Source: Octopus vulgaris (taxonomy: Eukaryota). From it: a stretch of 64,000 nt of DNA. The notes under the pieces were generated by a model. That model was not told the DNA's origin. It made no database searches and worked only from the letters and a program-made list of their open reading frames with translations. Below are positions 52,565 through 64,000 of the stretch, in pieces. The position numbers were made by a program, and so were the translations under genes. Within the stretch, counting starts at the first letter, position 1. Each line of letters starts with the position of its first letter. Location of the stretch: positions 69,440,001-69,504,000 of the forward strand of contig OX597818.1 in assembly GCA_951406725.2 (NCBI GenBank), written 5' to 3'.

Positions 52565-52635
<71 letters not shown>

Positions 52636-52636
<1 letters not shown>

Positions 52637-53059
52637 GAGCAAAACGCTTCCTGTCCAATGGACGGTGCTGAGTTGTCAAATATTTAAACCAAATTTTCTC
52701 AAAACAACTTGTCCGACCGTCCCATAGCCTCCCCTTTGAGAAACACTGATTTAACCTAAATTTGAGACAGCAGCAAGCAAAGAAATAAAAATAGACTTTT
52801 TTCTATTTCAAAGAAAAACGATTTTATTCACACAAATATACAACCGAAGAGTTTAAAGTACTTGCACGTACAAATGCACGTTCCCACGGCTTTATCGATC
52901 GCACTCTCACCTGGAATCGATTTTTGTAATTTTTTCATGACTTATACATGCCCTGATTCCGTCGGTATCTACATATCAAATTTGAGCGCAATTGGATGGA
53001 AGATGCCGAGATCCTAGAAGACAAACACACAGACAGACAGAACAGATTTATATAATAAA
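52636..53059 (-). mobile_element. Non-autonomous Helitron-like element (copy 2)
   Basis: Reverse complement of 32954-33376; hairpin CCGTCC-ATT-GGACAG, 3' end CTCA|T. Confidence 0.7.
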
Positions 53060-53329
53060 TATATATATATTGTATTTTGTATATGGCAGGTGCCTACCAG
53101 TAGACTCAAAAGTGGTCCTATGCTGCTTGTTGTGGGCTACCATGTAATATTCCAACATTCCAAGTTACTGTATGGGATTGTTATGTATGTGGTACTCCTA
53201 CTGCATACATAACAACCTTATACATACATATGTATATACACATGAATGTATGTTTACATGTTACAGATGTGCAGGTACATTAAACATCAGGAATGTACAA
53301 AAAATAGCCTCCCTTAAATGTCATTGGGC

Positions 53330-54230
53330 TCCTTAGAAATGGTAGGCAGTTTCTGTTTGGTGACCAAGTTAGTAGAAGGGGAGGTTGTTCCAAGAGCATA
53401 GCTGCTAAAAAAGGAATAAGCTGTGTGAAGTTCAGAGTGCTTAGTGATAATGGACCGCTCCCTGAGAATGAAAGGCAGAATGTATGATGCCTGTGTAGAA
53501 AGAGCTATGCTACATGGCAGTGAGACATGGGTTGTGACTATTGAGGAAATGTGAAGGCTTGAAGGAAATGAAGCCAGCATGCACCACTGGATGAGTAATG
53601 TTAGTGACTATATACAACAGAGTATAAAGGAGTTGAGAGAAAAACTGAGTATATGAGCGATTAGATGAGGTGTGCCGGAGAGAAGACTGCACTGGTATGG
53701 CCATGTAATGCATATGAAGGAAGGCAGTTGCATCAAGAGGTGCTGATCTCTAATTGTTGAGAGAATATGTGGAAGAGGCAGACCCAGGGTGATGTGGGAC
53801 GAAATGGTAAGAAAGGATCTACAGACTTTGGGGCTCACAGAAGGGATGACAAGGGACCAAAGGCTCCTGCCAGACTCCTGTGCTTGAAAATACATGTGAA
53901 GCTGAGTAAAAGCATGGGAGTCCTTGCATCCAGGCTTGATCCCAGCATCTGTCTCCAGCTGAGCATTCCTAATCTTGTGAGCTTGTGGGTGCTGGTGCCA
54001 TGTAAAAAGCACCAATACCTATGCTACATAAATGCACTCTGCCGGTACTATGTGAAAGCACCGAGCCCATTCTGTAGAGTGGTTGGTGTTAGGAAGGAGA
54101 CCCGGCCGTAGAAGCCATGCCAAATCAGACAAGTGGAACCTGGGCAGCACTTCAGCTGACCAGCTCCCATCTAATTGTCCCACACATGGCAGCAGGGAAG
54201 ATGGACGTTCAATGATGGCAATGATGATTA
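53330..54230 (+). mobile_element. RTE LINE 3' fragment (ORF end + 3'UTR + GAT tail)
   Basis: MKGRMYDACVERAMLHGSETW, RRLHWYGHVMHM, GRGRPRVMWDEMVRKDL, followed by the common ...GGACGTTCAATGATG tail. Confidence 0.9.
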
Positions 54231-54951
54231 TGTATGTATGTAATGTTTGTTTTCATACATATACATACATATAAAGCTATATATATACATATGTATGTAG
54301 TATATACATGCACACACATACACATGCACATGCAAGCATGCACGTACACACACACACACACACACACACATCAAGAAAGCAGTGAACACAAAAACAAAAC
54401 AATATAGGAGCAACAAGCTTTAACAGACGCATTTAGTTTCCCTGCTTAAAATGAAGTCCCCCCCCTCATAACTGAAGCTTTTAATCCTATCCAAAACCCA
54501 CATTTGTTCCCTATTTATTCTTCCTGTTCGGTTAGTTTATATCAATTCCCCTCGCATGCACCCCCTTTTCAGGGCTGATCTATGTCTCTGATATAACCAT
54601 TATATTGTATAGCTGCTTGAACAGACTTAAATATTCTTTGATGTTCAGGATGTTACCATATAGGTAACTCTGCTGTTAAAGTAGATAATTGATATTTTAT
54701 GATCTGTCTCAACTTCCATATTAAACTGATCAGCTGTGTAATAACTGCAGTTGTTGATATTATAAAAGAAATTAGTTTCCAGATCAATATTGTTTCCCAT
54801 ATGTTATGATTTGCGTTGATCTGTATATTTATAACTTATCAAACCCATTCTTTCATGTTCTACACCCTTTAGTGTATATTATTCTTCATTCATTCCCAGA
54901 TGAAAGTGAATCACTTCTATTAAGAAAAGTTATGGTCATGTGCTGTGACTC

Positions 54952-54952
<1 letters not shown>

Positions 54953-54997
<45 letters not shown>

Positions 54998-55320
54998 TTA
55001 ATGTCTGTTTTCCATTCTGCCCTGGGTTGGACACTTTGACAGGAGATTGCAAGGCTGGAGAGTGGCACCAGGCACCAGTTATTTGTTTTGGCATGGTTTC
55101 AATGGCTGGATAACCTTTCTAATGCCATCCACTTTACAGAGTATACGGAGTGCTTTTTTATGTGACACCAGCATTGAGTGCTTTATTGGTGGCACTGGCA
55201 CCAGTCCTTCATATATGACATCAACTTGGGAGTTTTTTACATGGCACCGGCAGAGGGGCCTTTTTTTATGTAGCACCAACATCCATGAGCTCACAAGACA
55301 GGGACCTCTCAGTAGAGAGA
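54953..55320 (-). mobile_element. RTE-tail repeat
   Basis: (CAT)n-TTTAATGTC..GGGTTGGAC..GGCTGGAT..TAATGCCATCCACTTTACAGAGT. Confidence 0.75.
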
Positions 55321-56099
55321 GGGGAAGTACGTTATATATTTTTGTTGATGCATTTGTTGGAAGGGGAAGAGTGTGTGACTGTTGAGAATCGTCTGAGGCT
55401 GATATGATGTTGTTGTTGTTAATGTTGTGTTTTAAATGAGCATATGTAGGAAAGGCTTGAGTGGGGAGGAAGCATTACACCAAAAGTAATGAGAAGTGAA
55501 TGGGTCAGAGATCTCCGAAGAGTGAAGATATCCCCAAATCACTTCTTTCTGAAGAGTAGAAGCCATTATAGTAGGGATACAAAAGACAGAGAGTGGAGAT
55601 AGCACATCAGGGTGCTGGAGAATGGTGTGTGTCTGTTAGAGGTGGAGTTCTAAGCAGTCGAGGATGTATCTTAGCTTACTCTTGACATGTTCTTTTACTC
55701 TCATTGCCATTTGTCTAATTCTTGTACAATTCTGATGACCACTGCTGCTCCCTTTTGGGATTCAATTCAATCTTTTACACATTTTGCCGTCTATTGTCGA
55801 TATAGACAAGAATTGCCTCTCACCCCACCCCATCCACTTTTTCCCCCCAGGAATTCTTTCCTTTGTTTCCTTTCATTCCCCACCCCCTTATTTGAAGAGA
55901 ATCATTTTGTGTTTTCTCATTGGTCAATTTATTCTCTGGTTTTTCTCTCTCTTGTTGAGTATCTCCAACTTTTGCCTTTTTCATATTCTTCACAGATAAG
56001 CATTCTTGGATGATGTTATTTACTCCTGATGCCACTTTGTCTGTTAGAAAGTAGTCACCTGATTCTTTACATTTGCCTCCTCCAACAGTTGTAGTTCCA

Positions 56100-56522
56100 T
56101 TTGTTCTTTATTCTCACAGCAAGAAAATGGCATGGAACCAAAAGATAATCGCCCACCTAAACAAGTCATGATACAAAAAATGTGTGCTTGACTTTCAAAC
56201 TGAAGTCTTCTTGTATAAGTTCAAAGTCTGATCTCAAACCCAGACTCAATAATGTCATTCATTCTTGTGAATTACTCCAAATGAACTAAATAATTTTCCA
56301 GAAATGCAACTATATTTTCCCATTTTCCTTTCTAAAATTCTCTGCTCTGAAGGCTTTTATATCCACCATCAGGTCCATAATATTTTCTTTATTCTTGCTT
56401 AGCTGTGGTGACAACTACAAACACCTTCACTTAAAAGTCAATCATTTTATGTCATTGACTAGTTCAGACGTGCAATTGTTTTTGGTTCCATGCCATTTTC
56501 TTGTAAAGCGAATGAAGAACAG
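56100..56522. mobile_element. MITE-like element with long imperfect TIRs
   Basis: CAAGAAAATGGCATGGAACCAAAA (~56120) and TTTTGGTTCCATGCCATTTTCTTG (~56480) are inverted; pairing extends about 110 bp. Confidence 0.7.
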
Positions 56523-57449
56523 GTGACGTTATATCAGTTAAAGTGTCTTTTGGTATATATTCTGCTGAACATCCTGTTATATACATTGTTATAAATGTCT
56601 TATATAGATTTCTTTGTTGAACTGTTTATTGTTATATTTCAGGAGTTATTTACTTCATAGCAAATGGCATTGCTATTGGCTGTTGGATCCAAATCGGTGC
56701 TGTTGACTTGTTCTGACCTTGTTGAAGCATAGATAAGAGGTTTTGCAGCCATCTTGAGAACAAAGAACTTGAAAGATGGTAATAAAAGAGCTGCTGGTGT
56801 GAAGCAGATCAGGAATTTCTTTCTACCAAAAGTCAGTGGTGTGGTGAAATGTGTGACTATAAAGAATTCAGTGAAGCCTTAAAAAGGTCATCGATCACTG
56901 CTGGAGGAACCACTTCTAAATCGATATTATAAAATATCTCTTATTAAATTGATATTGTGAGTTCAATAAGTTTGGTCAAAGCGATTTAATTAGTGAAGAA
57001 GGATTCATAAAAATGACACTCATTCGGCACAATTTCCAGGCGTCCCATCATTAAAAGGTGTTGGAACAATTGCAGTTGGGAAATTGTCACCTGATTCCAG
57101 CAAATGGTATTTTGTTTATCAGTCATCATTTTATGAGGAATATTGACTAAAATTGTTGTCTTTCACATAACCAATATGTAGAAATTTTGTAAATGCAAAT
57201 TTTATGAATTTCCACTGGTGATTGTCTAAATGGAATTGTTCAGTATTTACAGGTGTAAATTCCATATTTGGGAAGACATGTAAACTCTAGAAACAAAGAA
57301 TCCACTTTCAATCAGCTGCAGGTAAAGTTCACCTTTTAAATATCAGTTCTCTAGTTGTGTGTGTGTTTGTGCATACGCGTGTTTGTGTGTGTGTGTGTGT
57401 GTATGCAAGCGTGTGTTTGTGTATGTGTATCAAGTAGACCATCAGATAT

Positions 57450-57700
57450 TGTTATACACCACTGGTCACAATGTGCTTCCAATCCTGTCTTGATTGTGCT
57501 GTTCTTTTCCACCTTGACACAAATTGTTTGACTAAATTGCCTTCCCATCATCGTGGAGGCCTTCCAAATGGCCTTTTCCAATCTCTTGGATGCCACTCAG
57601 CAACTGCATGGGTCCATTTGTTGTCTGTTAACCTTGCAACATTTCGAGTCCAGCAGGACTTGTGCTTTTGGTACTCTGTGATCACAATATTCACTCCACT
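57450..57700 (-). mobile_element. Second RTE-clade LINE ORF 3' end
   Basis: Minus-strand WTRNVARLTDNKWTHAVAEWHPRDWKRPFGRPPR*WEG..RWKRTAQSRQDW. Confidence 0.75.
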
Positions 57701-58640
57701 CCATTCTTGAATGATTCAAAGAGGGTAAAGCATATACAGGTGCAAAGATGGCAGTCATTGATTGAGGAATCAAGATTTGTCTGGAATATGATACATGATG
57801 ATAAGCTTCCATGGAAAGAAGCAGTCATATTAAGACAGAGGCCTGATCTGCAGATTAGGGAGAACAGTTAACAGGATCTTGATGAAAGTCAAGATGAGCT
57901 GCATTAGTTTTAAAAAGAGGCAACTTTGGGGGAAGATATGGTAAAAAAAAAAAGAATTTATCAGAATGATGTATGTTTTGGTGGAATTGAACCAGAGACA
58001 AAAACTATATTTGAGGGAATAAGAGCTATAGGTTAGAATATTAATTCAGATTAATGTATCTTTATCAATATTAAAATACCATTTTGAAGAATCTCCATTT
58101 CAAAGAAAAGTATTTTATTTCCAGATCAGTGTTATATCCAGAAAATCAGAAAATGCTAAATGTTTTCCCACTCTCTGATTAGAAAGAATTCTTTTTTTGG
58201 ATTTACTATATATACATATGTATATATATATATATATGGACAAGACGTCTGTTGGGTTGGACGCCATTCCTCTCACCTCCCAACAATTTTTCTTTTCTAC
58301 TTATTTCATTCCTATTTATTCTATTTCTTTTAAAAATTCCTCCCAGGAATTACAGTTCATCTTGACCTAACGTCCCTTAATGTTTGTCTTCGTTGATTGT
58401 TTACTTTGTACGTCCACTCAGTTGTTTTTGTTTGTTCCTTCGAAGCCCTGACTCCACACATTTTATATTTTCAAGATTCCTGGATGTTGCTGTCCTATGA
58501 AGTTTTCCTATCTTGTTGTTAAAAGCACACAACAAAGAGTAGTAAAACAGTCAACAACTGATAAGCGAGTTATCTTCTTTATGTATTTTATCCTCTATTT
58601 ATTATCTCTCGCATGTTTACATATTTTTCACTCATTGATG

Positions 58641-58719
58641 ATGTCCTGTAATTAATGTGAATTTTTATTGATATATATATATATATATATATATCAATAA
58701 AAAAATACACATTAATTAC

Positions 58720-58726
<7 letters not shown>
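58641..58726. repeat. 30-bp inverted duplication centred on (AT)12
   Basis: ATGTCCTGTAATTAATGTG..TTTTATTG-(AT)n-CAATAAAA..CACATTAATTACAGGACAT. Confidence 0.9.
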
Positions 58727-58767
<41 letters not shown>

Positions 58768-58812
58768 TGTATATTTATATATATGTGTGTGTATATATGT
58801 ATGTGTATATAT

Positions 58813-58862
<50 letters not shown>

Positions 58863-58932
58863 CAAACACACATACACCTACACACACACACATATATATA
58901 TACATACACAATATGTATATATATATATGTAA

Positions 58933-59080
58933 ATCATCAGTAAATCATAAATCTAGAAGAGAAGCACTCTCTGAGTTATAGAGCAGCAGATTATTTAGAT
59001 AAAGATAATTATGACCAGTTCAAAGGGCGACTCAGAGCTTTGTGCCACCTTATGAACTGGTCATAGCTATCTTTAGCTAT
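58933..59080. mobile_element. Palindromic element, family C (copy 2, minimal ~150 bp)
   Basis: 58933-59042 matches the reverse complement of 43937-44046; 59044-59079 is the inverted arm. Confidence 0.75.
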
Positions 59081-59894
59081 CTATTTATCTATATGTGTGC
59101 ATGTGTGTGCATGTGTGTGTGTGTGTGTGCGTGTGTGTGTGTGTGTGCGCACGCATGTGTGTGTGTATAAGACAGTCTTCTTTAAATTTCCAAGTACCAA
59201 ATACACTGATATGGCTTTGGTCAGCCCAAGGCTATAGCAGAAGACACTGCCAAAGATTTTTTGATATTAGATAACACCTGCAAATTTCATAAGGATTGTC
59301 CCTGTTCTGAGTTTAAGGGATTTGGTTGTATTCTTTAAATCATACTCTATTTCACCATCAATCAAATGGGATTGCCTAAGGAATGGTTCAAAACATTAAA
59401 ACAATCTTAAAGACATTCACACTTTGTTTCCAGTAATTCCAGTAAATTGTTTCCAGTAATTTTCACTCCAACTATTGTCCACTAATCATATTATTCCTCA
59501 GTTACAGGAAATGTTGCTGAAAACATTTTAACTGTAGCAAAACTCACCATAAAAAAAAAAAACATAAATTGTGAAAAAGAAAACAAAAAAAGGGAATGAA
59601 AAATAGATTAGCCTTTTTCCTTATAAATGGCAACTTCATCAAGCAACCTATCAATTAGGGAAAAAAGGTTATTTCTTTAAAATGAGTTATTTAGTTTTCA
59701 GTCGGCTTTTGTGCCTCCTTTACAACAAAATTTCCTGTAACAGCAAATTTTCTCACGGCAAAAATGTTCATGACAAATTTTCTGGACACATCTTATTCTT
59801 CATAGGGATAGACTCCAAAGTTTTTCATTATTAATCAGCTATCAGGTGTGAGAACCTTTGAACATGTCCTATTTCATAAAGGAGCAGATGTACT

Positions 59895-60286
59895 CTTTTC
59901 TCTTTCTCTTTACTCTTTTACTTGTTTCAGTCATTTGACTGCGGCCATGCTGGAGCACCGCCTTTAGTCGAGCAAATCGACCCCAGGACTTATTCTTTGT
60001 AAGCCCAGTACTTATTCTATCGGTCTCTTTTGCTGAACCGCTAAGTGATGGGGACGTAAACACACCAGCATCGGTTGTCAAGCAATGCTAGGGGGACAAA
60101 CACAGACACACAAACATACACACACACATGCATACATATATACGACAGGCTTCTTTCAGTTTCACTCACAAGGCTTTGGTTGGCCTGAGGCTATAGTAGA
60201 AGACACTTGCCCAAGGTGCCACACAGTGGGACTGAACCTGGAACCATGTGGTTGGTAAGCAAGCTACTTACCACACAGCTACTCCT
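59895..60286 (-). mobile_element. Full-length young family-1 SINE
   Basis: Very similar to the reverse complement of 11019-11428. Confidence 0.9.
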
Positions 60287-60540
60287 GAATAAAATAAAAT
60301 TCGAAATCTTGTAATACCAGCTGGAAACAAAACAGTTTGCATTACAAGGAATATGACCAGAACTTTGGTTCACATATATTAAGTATGGTGTGAAAATGAA
60401 CCACTTGAGAGGAGTGAGGGTGATGCTGACAATTTTATCAGTGGTGCCTCTCATGGTTTAGGAAGCACCTATGCTGAGGGTGATGTGTAACAATATATTA
60501 AAGAACCGAACCAAATCTGGAGTGAAAGAGTCATCCTTAA

Positions 60541-60759
60541 CCCTTTTGTTACCATATTTATTCTCAGATGCTTTTGTGTTTCTTCCAATTACTTCTAAAT
60601 ATAACAAAGAATTTAGTAAAATAAATTATCATTAAGCTAGTGTTAGGAACATAAATTGTGACTAAGGTTTGGTGGAAGATTTTAATTCAAAACTTATGAA
60701 AACAAGACATTTGTACAACAGAGCCAGAGGTGGTTTCAGCTGGGTTGGTATCAAAAGGG
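60541..60759. mobile_element. piggyBac-type MITE
   Basis: TTAA|CCCTTTTGTTACCA ... TGGTATCAAAAGGG|TTTG (right TSD degenerate). Confidence 0.8.
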
Positions 60760-61099
60760 TTTGGCTACTGAGTTCTTATGCTTCAGAGGTGGGATGAAGT
60801 TGTTAAAAAGAAATACAAAAATTAATGGTATGAATAAATTCCTCTTCCTGTATTTGCAAACTTCCCAAACCTTGAACTGCACTGAATGCTAGACCATGTG
60901 GGTGGGAAGTGAAATTCTTAACTCCATGACCATATCTGCACCTAACAAGCCTGCATATTTGTGTGTGTTTATTGTTGTTTTAACCCTAGGTCAATCACAA
61001 CCTATGATCAAACACCTTATAGTCAGGACGGCCCCAATCATATTTTTAGACAATATATCATAATCACCATCATCATCATCATAATTCCCACCACCATCA

Positions 61100-61490
61100 C
61101 CATCATCATCATCATCATCATCATCATCATTTAGCATCCTCTTTCGATGCTGGCATGGGTTGGACAGTTTGACTGAAAACTGGTAAGCTGGGGAGCGGCA
61201 CCAATCTGAATTCGCATGGTTTCTATGGCTGGATACCATTTTCAGTGCCAACCACTCCAAGAATGTAGTAAATGGCTTTTATGTGTCACTGGCATGGGTG
61301 CCGGTTATGTGACCACAGCATCGGCCATGACTATCATCTCATTTGGCTTCACAGGTCTTCTAAAGCACGACATATCACCAAAGGCCTTGGTCTCTTGTCA
61401 TGGCCTCCCATGAGGCCCAACGTCCGAAGACCATGCTTCATCCCCTCATCCCATGTCTTTCTGAATCTACCTCTTCCACAGATTCCTTAT
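61100..61490 (-). mobile_element. RTE 3' end
   Basis: (CAT)n tail, GCTGGCATGGGTTGGAC, and minus-strand GRGRFRKTWDEGMKHGL-like ORF end. Confidence 0.75.
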
Positions 61491-63199
61491 ATATATAAGG
61501 TTGCCTCATCTGATGACATTTTTATTATTATTCAAGGCAGTTGATTATGATTTGAGGGATATTTCACTGCTATTTCTCACAGGCTGAAGGCTTAATAAAA
61601 GATTCCTTCACTTGCCACATATGTTTGTCTGGTTGTCTCTGTTGTATTTCTACATTTGTGTTGCAAGTGAAATCAGGTTCACTTCGTATACAGGGAAATA
61701 TTTGTGATGTAGATATATAAATATATATGTGTGTGTGTGTGTATGTGTGTGTATGTATATGTATGTATATATGACAGAGCAAAATATGTGATGTAAAATA
61801 ATAAACATTATGTGTAATGTAGAGTTATATACGTGAGGTATTGAAATATATTTCATTGTTATCAAACCCCAGCTCAGCCCTTCTAGCTAAGATTTGTGAT
61901 CAAGAGCATTCCAGGCATGGCTGTCCCGCCAACTTTTCAATCAGTTTCCAATTTAACCTAATTCCACAGTAAATGCTAATAGAACTATTCTTTCTATTCT
62001 GTATGCTCTAAATTTCCTGTTGATTCTATTGTTTCTGCCTAATTGAGCAATCAACTTCTATTTTACTGCTATAATTTGTCAGGTAGAATTTGTTTTTGTG
62101 ACGTCATTTTAACATTACCTCCATCTGTTTCTAATTTAATCATGTTTGGGGTATTATATGGCATTTCTCTGCATCGCATTGTTGGCATTATTTATGTAGT
62201 GTGTGCTGTGCTTGATGACTATTCAGTTGATGTGATCTCCGATTGGTCAAAGCAATTTTTATCTCCTCCTGTGACACACACATATCTAGACAAAGCAGTG
62301 ATATTCCTCTTTCCCTCATTTCTAAAATTGGATTTATGATTGAAGACCAATTTCAAAATCTCTCTTCATTCACATAAATATGAAACGTATATGTTTCCAT
62401 GTTAACGGCTTGACATTTTATCTTTTATATTCCTTTATTCTTTTACTGGCTTCAGTTATTTCCCTTTTGCCATTTTAGAGCCCTCCCTCCTATGATTTTA
62501 CTCAATTGTATTAATACCAGGCTTTAAATCAATGAACATAAACACAGACAGGGATCCAGATACAGACATATTTTTATGTATGTGACAACAAGGAACAATG
62601 GTGATATGTTCCCTCATAACACAAAACTCGATAGGAAAACATTTGTGCAGAACACAAGGATCCTGAATAGAATTCCCCACAAAACAAGGCAAAGCACTTC
62701 ACATATATCATGGCACAGTGGTAAATTAAACAAAGATTTAGCAAACAGTAAGCGAAATAAAATAATGCACACTCGACTGATGATGATGTATAATAGTTGA
62801 ATACTGAAATGCTGGCATTAGTGCCGACATCAATGCCATTAGCTTTGCTTGCCATAAACAGGCAGCAACGACACTTCTCCTCGAAGATGAAACAATGAAA
62901 GCCCAGAATACTGTCAGAGCTGTCAACACCATCATACCATCAAAACGTTGGTTATATCAGCAGCAATACTAATATTGATAGCTGACCCCCCTCCCCCCTC
63001 TCTCTCTCTCTCATTCCCCATTTATTTATATACCATTATCATTACCATTCACCATCCACATTTTCATATTTGCATGTTGCCAGACAAGATTCTTTGAGGT
63101 AGATTTTCCATGGTTGGGTACTTTTCTTGTCACCAATCTTTAATTTGTTTCCAAGCAAGCTAATATCTCCCCACAATCCAGACATGTTTTCATCAATGA

Positions 63200-64000
63200 C
63201 ACTGAGGTAACAGCATCACCTGTTCCACTGATTGAGGTCGTTTGTGAGTTTATGCCTGATAGGATGCTGGCAAGTAATGGCGCTTCCAGAACAACACTTT
63301 CAGGAATATCACTTCTAATCAGTGACTTGCAAGAGAGCAGACTCTGTGCAGCAACATAGTGATTCCTTGTCTATAAAATGTTTTTGTTTTTTGTTTTTGT
63401 GATATCAAGATCCTTTAAACTGTAACAGATTATTCCATGATCCATCTTGTCAAAGGCTTTAGCAAAATCGACACATATACAATCAGTATCCATTTCCTTC
63501 AGGAAATTATGAAGTATTATGTTATGGTGCCGTAGTAGTTGCATCCAACATGTTCATCCTGTTTGATAAATTCATACTGTGTATCCTTGAAGCTGCTGTT
63601 TTCCTCTTCATATTTGATTTGTCTTTTTCAAACAATGTGTTCAGCAGTTTTTGATGTGTTAGATGTGATCACAAGATTATTTACATTATTTACATTTGGC
63701 GGATATTTGTCCTCATCTTGTTTGTTGTTAACACAACATTTAAGTTGATATATCCTCCAGCCTTCATCAGGTGTCTTGCTGAAGGCTGGAGGGTCTATCA
63801 ACCAAAACGTCATGTTAACAACAAACAAGTTGAGGACAAATATCCACCAAATGTAAATAATGTACATAATTCCTCATCTCTTAAATATAGATCTGTGTGA
63901 TCAAAACGTGTTTGTAATTTATAGCTTCAGATCTGCCACCTTCCTTGTGTATAGATGTGAACATTGCTTCTTCCAGTATTTCTGGGAATATGCCAGATAC
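63200..64000 (-). mobile_element. CR1-type LINE RT fragment, interrupted at 63675-63895
   Basis: Minus-strand NYKHVLITS..SK, D..CVDFAKAFDKMDHG, SDIPESVVL.PLL (degenerate NYRPISLTS, DF.KAFD.V.H, SGVPQGSVLGPLL). Confidence 0.85.
63675..63895. mobile_element. Palindromic HHR element, family A (copy 2), with ~11-bp TSD
   Basis: 63676-63766 and 63780-63870 are inverted copies, with a ~25-bp tail on the right arm; TGTGATCACAA (63664-63674) / TGTGATCAAAA (63896-63906). Confidence 0.85.

Larger units (their letters stand above)
49995..52570 (-). mobile_element. Young 5'-truncated Penelope-like retroelement (Naiad-type) with inverted pLTR arm and tail, inserted in (TA)n
   Basis: RT + GIY-YIG on the minus strand; 49995-50549 is the reverse complement of 51869-52423 (2 mismatches in 555 bp); right arm extends to ~52570; HHR in each arm. 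Confidence 0.95.

Noticed and set aside
56633-56785. AG...GT-bounded candidate host exon
   Set aside because: Stop codons in all three frames; it cannot be supported as coding.
58480-58615. Possible decayed HHR(s) in a TA-flanked segment
   Set aside because: Too many core substitutions to support.

Overview
AT-rich eukaryotic intergenic/intronic DNA saturated with microsatellites. The SINE and RTE repeat families look like Octopus (cephalopod) DNA; this is an inference. I found no host protein-coding exon, and nearly all ORFs in the track are microsatellite or SINE read-throughs. The only real coding sequence is transposon-derived: a very young, 5'-truncated Penelope-like element (RT + GIY-YIG, Naiad-type motifs, 49995-52570) with 555-bp inverted arms, plus decayed piggyBac, mariner, RTE, CR1/L2 and R4/Dong fragments and two Helitron-like copies. 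The main hidden signal is a set of type I hammerhead ribozyme (HHR) motifs from at least six unrelated sequence families. They lie at about 3.9, 11.6, 21.9, 28.1, 37.8, 43.7/43.9, 50.1/52.3 and 63.7 kb, with a half-motif at 59.0 kb and a degenerate candidate at 47.8 kb. Many sit inside small (150-400 bp) ORF-less palindromic elements with one longer 'tail' arm, mostly next to (TA)n, and one has a target-site duplication. These look like MITEs but repeat the architecture of the large Penelope copy in miniature.
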